The translations under genes and the position numbers were made by a program. 37,759 nucleotides of DNA from Sphaeroforma arctica JP610 (lineage: Eukaryota). Under the pieces are notes generated by a model. That model saw only the letters and a program-made list of their open reading frames with translations. It was not told the origin of the DNA and made no database searches. The DNA is taken from positions 101,447 to 139,205 of the forward strand of contig NW_014040451.1 in assembly GCF_001186125.1 (NCBI RefSeq), in the 5' to 3' direction. Positions 20,735 to 30,504 of the stretch are shown here, in pieces (position 1 is the stretch's first letter; every line of letters begins with the position of its first letter).

Positions 20735-22467
20735 ATGTCACTCTCAAAGTCTCTTCGATCTCTCCCTGCTTCTACTAAGCAGGTCTACGACTATGTGGTT
20801 GTTGGTGGCGGAAGTGCCGGCTGTGTAATGGCCAATCGTCTCTCATCGAACCCCAACGTGCGAGTGGCATTACTGGAGACAGGCTCAGATGATAACACAC
20901 CGCTCATCCGCAACCCCAGTGGGTTTTTCTGGACCGTTCCCTACAGTAAAAAGTACAACCATCGATACTGGACAACACCTCAGAAGAACTGTAATGGTAG
21001 GAACATGTTCCAGCCTCGTGGTCGCGGAGTCGGCGGCTCCTCTGCGATTAACGCTATGGTATATATTCGCGGCTTGAAATATGACTTCACCAAGTTGTGG
21101 GCTGAGGAGAATAAATGCAACGGTTGGGAATGGGAGAATGTGCTACCCATTTTCAAGGAATTGGAGAATAATGATACGCTCAAAAATAACCCATTCCACG
21201 GTAACGAAGGTCCTCTTCATGTGCGGACACAGAATCACATTGGCCCATACAGTAAGCGCATTGTCAAAGCAGGCAACGAGTTGGGATGGAAAACAACCGA
21301 TGACTTCAATGGAGCAGACCAGTCTGGAATAGGGTATTATCAGTACACACAGACCAAGGGCGGGCGCTGCAGCACTGGTGTTGCCTTTCTGACCCCAGAG
21401 GTCCGAGCTCGCCCAAATTTGGATGTTATTGTTGATGCTCATACGACAAAGGTACTCACGGAAGGCAAACGGGCGACTGGAGTGCATGCAGTGGTATCAG
21501 GCAGCTCAGATTCTGCTAACCCCGTAACATTCGAAGCGAAAAATGAAGTTGTCCTGTGCGGTGGTGCATTTAACAGTCCACAGTTACTGATGCTCTCAGG
21601 AATTGGCCCTAAGGACCAGCTTACTAAGCACGGAATTGATGTGTACATGAATTGCCAGGAGTAGGCCAGAATCTTCAGGATCATGCCGATATCTGCGTGA
21701 ATGCAAAAACTTCGAGAATAAGTATGCCCCTGCAAATCGGGCTAACCAACCTACCAAGTCAGATCAAGCACTTCGTCCTAGGTCTTTTCAAGAAAGAAGG
21801 AGTGTTCATGGGAGACAATCAAATGATCGGCTCATTTTTCAAAAGCAAGCCTGACATTCCCGCTAATGATATCCAAATGCATGTCGCACCCTTCTACTAC
21901 AAAGATCATGGTGCCACTTTAAGATACGGTGGTGGCATCTCGGTCAAATCGTGCTATATGCGGCCCGAGTCTCGCGGGACGGTCGGTCTTAATTCGGCTG
22001 ACCCAATGGAGGGGCCACTGATTGACCCCAACTACTACGACGTGCCCGCCGACTTTGACCCCATGGTGGCTGCAGTACGAAAAAGCATCGAGCTGATTCA
22101 AACCAAGACCCTAGCAGAAGATAACCTGGTGGTCAGTGGATTTGGCGATAAGAATGTTAACAACCTTACCGACAGCGACATCAAGGAGTATCTGCGTGAA
22201 AATACCGAATCCACCTACCACCCGGTATCTACCTGTAAAATGGGTCCATCATCAGATCCTATGGCAGTGGTTGATCACTCCAATGGTCTGAAAGTACACG
22301 GAATGGAAGGACTTAGAGTGGTCGACGCCTCCGTCATGCCTACAGTAGTATCTGGAAACACGAATGCACCTACCATGGTAATAGCCCAGAAAGCTTACAA
22401 TCAAATGGTTGGTCAGGATAGAGTTGTCGATGTCACCGATGCACCACTAGTAGCTATTCAATTGTAA
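20735..22467 (+). pseudogene. GMC oxidoreductase (AlkJ alcohol dehydrogenase/choline dehydrogenase-like), intronless, 1-nt frameshift at ~21640-21651 (pseudogene or assembly error)
   Basis: N-terminal half: YDYVVVGGGSAGC, PRGRGVGGSSAINAMVYIRG, GAFNSPQLLMLSGIGP. C-terminal half: LPGVGQNLQDH, YHPVSTCKMG, GLRVVDASVMP, GNTNAPT. Adding one base to GAT GT_ GTA CAT GAA TTG CCA restores the expected GIDVVHELPGVG. Confidence 0.8.
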
Positions 22468-22682
22468 GTCGTGCTGACAAGACGTAGGTCGTTCTTACCA
22501 CACATTCTTCTAACATCCTAAAAATATCATAGTACCGATATTAATTCAATATTATCAAGTAAACGCAACCTAATAGTTTATTGCAATATAATACAAATGC
22601 ATTTTTTTATCGTTGCGTATACCTTTAATTGTACATTGTGCACAGATGAAACAGCCATACATATATATATATATATAATAAA

Positions 22683-23352
22683 NNNNNNNNNNNNNNNNNN
22701 NNNNNNNNNNNNNNNNNNNNNNNNNNNNNNNNNNNNNNNNNNNNNNNNNNNNNNNNNNNNNNNNNNNNNNNNNNNNNNNNNNNNNNNNNNNNNNNNNNNN
22801 NNNNNNNNNNNNNNNNNNNNNNNNNNNNNNNNNNNNNNNNNNNNNNNNNNNNNNNNNNNNNNNNNNNNNNNNNNNNNNNNNNNNNNNNNNNNNNNNNNNN
22901 NNNNNNNNNNNNNNNNNNNNNNNNNNNNNNNNNNNNNNNNNNNNNNNNNNNNNNNNNNNNNNNNNNNNNNNNNNNNNNNNNNNNNNNNNNNNNNNNNNNN
23001 NNNNNNNNNNNNNNNNNNNNNNNNNNNNNNNNNNNNNNNNNNNNNNNNNNNNNNNNNNNNNNNNNNNNNNNNNNNNNNNNNNNNNNNNNNNNNNNNNNNN
23101 NNNNNNNNNNNNNNNNNNNNNNNNNNNNNNNNNNNNNNNNNNNNNNNNNNNNNNNNNNNNNNNNNNNNNNNNNNNNNNNNNNNNNNNNNNNNNNNNNNNN
23201 NNNNNNNNNNNNNNNNNNNNNNNNNNNNNNNNNNNNNNNNNNNNNNNNNNNNNNNNNNNNNNNNNNNNNNNNNNNNNNNNNNNNNNNNNNNNNNNNNNNN
23301 NNNNNNNNNNNNNNNNNNNNNNNNNNNNNNNNNNNNNNNNNNNNNNNNNNNN
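22683..23352. other. Assembly gap flanked by (TA)n/(TACA)n microsatellite
   Basis: Run of N. TA-rich repeats at ~22657-22682 and 23353-23551. Confidence 0.99.
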
Positions 23353-23502
23353 CATATATATATATGAATATAAGTATATATATATATATATATAATTATA
23401 CATATATATATATATATACATTTATATATATATATATATTTATACAAACATAGATATATATAAATACATATATACATCTATATACATACACATATATATA
23501 TA

Positions 23503-23538
<36 letters not shown>

Positions 23539-23853
23539 TATATTTATATATCGCATGATGCGATGATCGCTACAATTAGACCTATTTAATAGTCATAGTT
23601 TTAATTTGGTGCTTGATATCTGCGTCTTCAAGTTAGCCAGATTGATATTGATCACCTATTGACTTTATATAGTAGTAGAAATAACACTGAGACATTCAAT
23701 ACGATAGAATTTTTTTTGTTGATATCCGGTATCAAACTTAATTTCTTTCCAAGTCCCACAAGTCCTCTACCTTGTTCGGTCCGGTTGTGTGCAATAGCAA
23801 ATCCTTCGGTAATACCCGGATGCCATGAATAGACTATGATGCTGTAAATACCG

Positions 23854-24636
23854 TTATTGTGGGCTAAATGGACTGGCGCTCGCAACTTTTGCCTGATTTT
23901 GTGCATTCTGCAAGTGTAACACAAACTTATCAAAGCTATTCATACTAGCTGTTTCCAATTCCTTTGGTTCCACCACACACCTCCAAATAGGCTGCTTGGT
24001 GGCTGTAAACTTACTCACCACCCATATGCCTTCACTCGCATACCCACACTTGTCGCCTCGGCCATTCCTCGCATATAGTACTGTGTGCATGATCATTACA
24101 TGTGCGCCCGTCTCTCTGTGTGTGAACTGTACACCCCTTGTTGAGGTTGCTGGCAAGCCATGAGGTATCTGCATAAGCATACCCTTTTGCGTTAGCTCGA
24201 GGAGCCCACCTATTCGCTTGGCTGCTTGTTCGTATATCTCCTCCACACACATGGGAAAGTCCACAGTTCGCACCTTTCCCCCGACCGCATGAGCGAATTT
24301 GTTCCTAGCATCTGGCGCCTGATCTATATAGGCTCGAACCTCGGGCGCGAGCTCTTCAATCGACTCCTCGTCGGCTTCAGAGTCACCCGAGTAATCATCT
24401 CCAGCCAGCTTCATCAGTTCAATATCCAGTATAGATCTTTCATTTGCATTCAACGTATCCAATCCCTTATTATTGGCCCTGTTTTCATTGTTTGCGCCCA
24501 CTTTCGAGTCAGAATAATGTGATGAGTCTGTACCACTGGCTGGTATCGAGTTGCTGTTCTGTGGCATATTGTTCACCTTCGTGCACTCAGTTACAGATGG
24601 TTGTTGACACAAAACTTGTTTTGGTTCGATAGCCAT
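23854..24636 (-). CDS. Hypothetical protein, 260 aa, single exon
   Basis: ATG-initiated 783-nt ORF (agaATGG). Disordered Asn/Ser/acidic N-terminal ~95 aa, then a globular-looking alpha/beta segment. No family recognised. Confidence 0.7.
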   Translation of the reverse strand: MAIEPKQVLCQQPSVTECTKVNNMPQNSNSIPASGTDSSHYSDSKVGANNENRANNKGLDTLNANERSILDIELMKLAGDDYSGDSEADEESIEELAPEVRAYIDQAPDARNKFAHAVGGKVRTVDFPMCVEEIYEQAAKRIGGLLELTQKGMLMQIPHGLPATSTRGVQFTHRETGAHVMIMHTVLYARNGRGDKCGYASEGIWVVSKFTATKQPIWRCVVEPKELETASMNSFDKFVLHLQNAQNQAKVASASPFSPQ

Positions 24637-25189
24637 TCTTTGGGCGAACTAATTATATATCTCGGGGGGGGTAAAAAGAGAGTTTTCGGTGTTGTTATTT
24701 GGCGTATTATTTAAATGAAGTACGAAACAGACGAAGTTATGAACGTTTAGGAAATGGAATGTAACAATTTGTAGTAAAATCATTTCCCTCTCAGGATTTG
24801 TCTCGAGCAAGTTCGTCGCACATCGTAAAGTGTCAATTTTAGTGCTGTACATGCCTTTCAAGGCCCTCTCTCTGCTGGCTGGGGATGAGTCTGCGTGGAA
24901 AAGTTGCATCTGTCTCGGAGAGAAAGTCATTCTTCGAGACTTTTTGATCCCCAGAGGGCAGGGCTCATAACGTAACCCAAATACAGCGTAGAGGTATTAC
25001 GTTTTAACATTTACGCATTGAATATAAACGTATATACATAATACACTTTCGTCTATGAGCACCACAGTTTGCATATGGACGAAAGGCTCATAGCGTAACG
25101 TACTACGTTTTCACGTTTGCGAAATGACTTTAAACATAATTACGTTTTACGTTATAATACCTGCCAGAGGGTCATGATATTTACATATG

Positions 25190-25975
25190 CCCAGGGCCCT
25201 GGCGGCCCTGAACTTCTGAAGGCCCGAAGGCTGAAGTCCTGATCTTCCAAGAGACCGAAGTCCAAAGCGGAAGGCGAAAGGCTGACAGCAGCAGCTGTGA
25301 GTACCGGAGTACAAACTACAAGGCCCAAGGGCAAAGGGTCAGAGTCTCAGCCACTCAGAGAAGTGAGAACTAAGTCCTAAGAAAGGCGTTGGCGGTTGGC
25401 CGTTGAGGACTAGAGGCCGAGTCGCCGAGTCGCCGGTCGTGCTAAAATTAAATAAAATTCCTACCATGAGTATGGATTTAATTGGTCAGTGGAGCCTGGA
25501 GCCTTTACTCTCTAGTAGAGACTCCTGGACTCCTGGAGGGTGGATTGGTGGAATCGATCACAAGAGAAGGTTACAAGTAGCTTACAGCTTTCAAAAACAA
25601 TAAACTCTAAAACATTATCCAATCATAATATAGAACTACTTTGTTTAATTTAGCAACACCAATAAATAGCTTTCATCAATAAAGTATATTTTTTCCGACG
25701 AATGATATGGTGTTCACGTGGATCGGGAGCTCAAGGAATTACTATGTACAGTACACTGTTTACTGACTGCTTGGGCATCGCTTCTTGTTGCTGTAGTACA
25801 TGTACAATATGCTGTTTTAAATTTGTTTTGTATTTTATGAAAAAAAAGATCTTCTCGATCAGGGGTTCACTAGTGGTGCAATCGTAAATACATCTACATA
25901 TTTCTACCTTGTGTAGAGCTTATCTTTTCAATCAGGTTGTGCATACTATACACACTTCTACCTTGTGTAGCGTGG
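25190..25975. repeat. Tract of chained short imperfect tandem duplications
   Basis: Examples: ggcgtt-ggcggtt-ggccgtt (25385-25404), gccgagtc x2 plus gccggtc (25416-25438), tggagcc x2 (25490-25503), gactcctg x2 (25520-25535), and ttctaccttgtgtag at ~25902 and ~25956. Confidence 0.65.
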
Positions 25976-26399
25976 TAATCGTAAAATCCGATTACCATAT
26001 TTGGGCAGAACACAGAATGTCAGTTTTCCATATGTGTTCGATATGCAGTTAAACCATGATATGGTATACAAGCATGTTGCTTGATACCCGAATTGGTAGG
26101 TGTACTGGTAGTTGTGACACTGTTCTAGTCGTGCCAATATGACAGTGTACGCCATATTGTGCTACTTGAGTTATGCACATCATATGGAGTGTTGTTGAAC
26201 TTAGAACTTGTAAACTTTACACCGGCTTAGTTTTATCGACAAGTCTACACATCGAGCACCAAACATCGTGTTTGTGTAACTTTCCGGGAACAGAGCTCGT
26301 GATAAATTGTATTCAAAATGATATCTTCTAATTTGAAATAAAACTATCAGATCAGCAATAGACGGTAGGTCTGAAGAATAAATGTATACAAAAGCTACA

Positions 26400-26587
26400 T
26401 ATGCATATACACATACACACACACACACACACACATACATACGCACACAAACACACACCCACTTATGCTTAAATACATACGAATACGTACACACGCACAT
26501 ACATACATACATACATACATCATTTACTATACATACATATATATATATATATANNNNNNNNNNNNNNNNNNNNATAATATATATATA

Positions 26588-26674
<87 letters not shown>

Positions 26675-26706
26675 TACTACATAGATATACACACACACAC
26701 ACGCAT

Positions 26707-26744
<38 letters not shown>

Positions 26745-26800
26745 TATATACATATATGTATATATATATATATTAATTTAAATATATCATATTATATATA
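26400..26800. repeat. Compound (CA)n/(TACA)n/(TA)n microsatellite block containing a 20-N gap (26554-26573)
   Basis: Directly visible in the sequence. Confidence 0.95.
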
Positions 26801-27796
26801 ACAAAACAATCACAAAGACAATTGTTTGCACAAATAAGATTAATATTTTGCAGTTCATTGTGCAAGAAGACTTCTGTAGTATTTCTCTAGCTTGATCGTG
26901 AGGCCTTTATTTACCTTTTAAAGCTCTACACATTGTTCATATCGCAATTATTGAGTGACAACCCGTGGGCATGTTCTGATATACAGGACCGGTAAGGAAT
27001 CAGGTTGATAGGAGTTTTATGCATTGCAGTCAATAACGTACGACCAGGCTTAGACGTCTTGTACTCGAATTCATCCGAGTTGGCCAACGTTTATATATCA
27101 CAAACTCTGACTGAAATAACCGATCTTCACAGCTCAGAGGAGCCTTGTACCTTTTGACAACTAACTTCTACCAGCTACGCGTACTTTGTGCATTCCTCAT
27201 GTAAAAATCTGGCACTCGCATTCAACATTGCCTGACCTGAACTGTATATTTCATGGCCGACACTTTCATACAGTCGAGTTTGCCGGCAAAGCCTATAGTC
27301 CGGCGTTCAATTCCGGTAATGTTGAGTGAATCGATTCCACGTATCTCATGGCTGGCCTCTACTACCGGCCTGTACAGCACTCACATTGTTTACTGCTACC
27401 ATTTTCCAAATAATTCCAGATCCGCGCGCCTTTGCGCATCTTTGGCTCGCTAACAACGCCCCTGTTTTGAACGATTGCTGGGCAAGAGCTACCAAACCTC
27501 TTAGCCGATACTCCCACAATATTGAGCCTGACGCCACCTCCTCACCCTAGTTAGGAAGCCCTCAGTTTGCCTTTAACACTTTAGTGAGACTTTCTCAAAG
27601 TGGCCTTCGTGCATGCAATTGCTTCTCCCCCATCTAATGGTATCCAGGGCCGCATATCCCCGCTTAGCTGTCGCTGAATATACAAGCCACTTTCTTGAAA
27701 CTCGTGTTGAGTGTGATTCTCAGACCGAGTCGGACGAAAACTCCACGTCTTAGTACCAAACTTCATAGCAAGCCTTTATACCGCCTTAGTTGGCCT

Positions 27797-30269
27797 TTAA
27801 TACCGCTTAAAAAACCCCTTGCGCTTCTTACTACTGCCATTCCCCATTCTATCCAGGTCCGCAAACCCGCGCGCGTCTCTGGCTCTCCTGGCAACTGCCG
27901 CATCACTCGGCAGTGCTTCAGCAAACGCTTTCCGAAGTATAGCATCGCTCTCGAAGGTGCGTTCGCCGTATACATTGCGTGCCGCGTCGGTACGTAAGAA
28001 GAAGATTGCCGTGTCAAACGGGGAGTTCCTGCATCAGGAATGTGAGGTTCAAATTCGAGTTCAGAAAATGGGTTGATATATGGAGTAAGGCGCGAAGACA
28101 CAGTTTTACTAACATTAGCCAGGCGAATCCCATCTATCCATCTGACTTACCTGTACCGGTCCTGGCGCTGATGTTGAGCACCATCGCAGAAACCATGGTC
28201 GTCCTTGCTGATCAACAATGGGCCATCCCCTTCCATGAACGGACTCGCCAGCATTGTCTACATAAATTAAAGAGATGGTACATAAATCACCTCACATCAA
28301 GTAACAGGCTGATTTAGATTGATAACCTACGGCACAACTCCCGCACACCACCGAAATGTTACAGCTTCTACGATGGATAAGGTTTACGTATACATACCTG
28401 GTACGACACCTCATTAACCCAGCCAGGCACAACCACGATGAACGACAGTGGTTGCGAATTGGTGTTCGCTTTCTGCAGAAGTGTTTCAATGTGCTTCGCC
28501 ATTCGCTCCATCACACCGGTTACAAACGGTGGGTTGGCCTACAGAGCGGTGTTGCAATAAAAACAAATTTCGTGAACTAGTTGTAAGGTGAATTTCTGTA
28601 CTAGAGGGGTGCTGATATAAAGCAGTCAGTCAGTCAGTAGATGATAAAAAGAAGAAAGCGTCGAGGACGACATGCATGCTCAATTCCATATGGATTCCAA
28701 AAGTAGAACGGATAGAATTCCTACCTGGAATGACCCGGAGGCGGGGTAGAAGTCAAAGAAGTTGCCTCTGCTTCCAAAATGAAAATCGGTGTCAATATAC
28801 GCGCTGCAGTATAGCGGGTGGTGCGTGTTGAGAGGCGAGGAGAAGCACTCGAAGTCTGTTCTAAAAAGAGACTTCAGAGCCGCAAACACGTGCTCGCTAC
28901 ACGCCGCCTGGAAACCCATGCCACTCAGGGCATTATACCGTAGAAGCATACTGTAGAGATCGTTGTGGAACAGCTCCTCAGTATTCTTGTGCTGCTTGTC
29001 ATCGAGCTCGATCGGCTTGCCATGCTTATCGGAAGTAACACGCTTAACCGTACTGCTGTTGCTTCTCTTGATAGCGCCGGTGATTGCAGTGTCGCCTTTC
29101 TTGGCCTCGTTAGTTGATGTATCCTTCTCCGCACTACGCTCAGCACTGGTTTTGCTGCTAGGTTTGGTGTCGCTGTGCTTCTTGCCCTGCTTACCCTCGA
29201 TATTCTTAATGTCTTTGATGGTGTCGGTGGGAGTTTTCTCCTCATGTTCCGCCCCAGTGCCGTTGTTGTTACCATCCCTTTCGCCCTTCGCCTTCTTTTT
29301 CTTTCTCCTATTTTCGTTCCGTTTCTTGTTCTTGTTCCTCTTCTTATTCGCCTTGCTGTTGCCCATACCATCACCGTCTGCATTTCCTGCATGGTCCGCC
29401 ACAGACTCGGCCGCCTGTGCGCTATCCCACAAAGCTCGTAGTTTGGCGTAGTGCTCGTGGTTGAGCTTCAGCAGACGGGTGGGTGCAGTGCGACCGTCAG
29501 CAACACACACCGCACATACCGGCGGCCCTACACTAACATTCGTACCATCACCCCCCTCTAGTCCCTCTTCTTTGACACCTTGCACATATTTTACCTGCGT
29601 ACCTTTCTGCTTCATATCTGGTCGTTGACGAATTCGCACAGTGTTGACATCGATCGTGTGCTTGTGCATGGTCACACGTACCCGCACCTCGATTATCTTT
29701 CCGCATTGCGGGCAGCTCGGTGCCATGGACGAACTCGGTTCGAGGTCTGCAGATAAACCTAATTTACAGAGCCGATTGATACCCACCGCAAATTCGTGCG
29801 ACAGCTCGGCTACGTGTGTCGCTATTTCCGCGGCACTCTCCTGTGTATGGCTACCCCTGACTAGATCTCTGACCAGCACTGGCTCAACTTTTTCAGCTAC
29901 GTTTATAATATCCGGCAGCAGCGCGTCGGTTTCCTCTGTTCTTCCCACAGATTTCTCATAATCTTGGTTTTTCTCACCACCTTCATCGCCTGTTTTCCCC
30001 GAAATATCACGCAGAGCATCCCTCTCGAGATCCTTGGCGTTGAACATCCATCGCTCCAGGGCCAAAATAGGCACGGCACTCCCACTGCCATCGTTATAAT
30101 GGGAAGATTCGTGTACGCGTTTGCGTCCCTGTGTTGAAGGGCCCCCATACTGACTGTCTACAGCCGCGTGCAAGGCCTCGGTTAACTCTTGCACCTTCTG
30201 CGCTCTCACCAACTCGATGCTGGGTGCCACATGTCGGTATGCGCGTGCAGATACACACGGCTCTTTATA
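27797..30269 (-). CDS. PCIF1: PCIF1/CAPAM-like cap-specific adenosine N6-methyltransferase (3' four exons; 5' exons uncertain)
   Basis: Phase-consistent exons 30269-28725, 28538-28398, 28257-28151, 28028-27797 (ending TAA). Motifs: SMLLRY, FQAA, FECFSSPLN, YCSAYIDTDFHFGSRGNF, GSFQ|ANPPF (catalytic NPPF), PLSFIVVVPGW, HGFCDGAQH, DTAIFFL. The N-terminal PSIELVRAQ...ERWMF resembles the PCIF1 helical region. Confidence 0.88.
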
Positions 30270-30365
30270 CTACGATGGAGGGAAAGATACAAGATTGAAG
30301 TATTGATAAGTGCATATTTTGATTTAGAGCTCGTGTGATTACATAACGCTGCGTATGATAGTTTG

Positions 30366-30399
<34 letters not shown>

Positions 30400-30448
30400 A
30401 TGTACATACATTTATATACATATATATATATTTCGATCTGATATATAC

Positions 30449-30504
30449 GGGAAAAGGCACGTCATGTTCGATACTGCGGAGGCCCTCATAGGGCAATGCC
30501 CGAA
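30449..30504 (-). CDS. Candidate upstream exon of the PCIF1-like gene (xRALPYEGLRSIEHDVPFP)
   Basis: ttag acceptor and CCC|GTATAT donor. The phase-0 end matches the next exon. Degenerate copies of this segment lie upstream. Confidence 0.45.

Noticed and set aside
22570..23477. ORFs spanning N-runs, and YI/HT/CV-repeat ORFs here and at 11.6-12.4, 17.8-18.1, 26.2-26.8, 32.2-32.8 and 34.4-34.9 kb
   Set aside because: Artefacts of assembly gaps and dinucleotide microsatellites.
25190..25560. CRISPR-like array or structured RNA gene in the stuttering tract
   Set aside because: No constant repeat with spacers, and no tRNA, rRNA or snRNA motif recognised.
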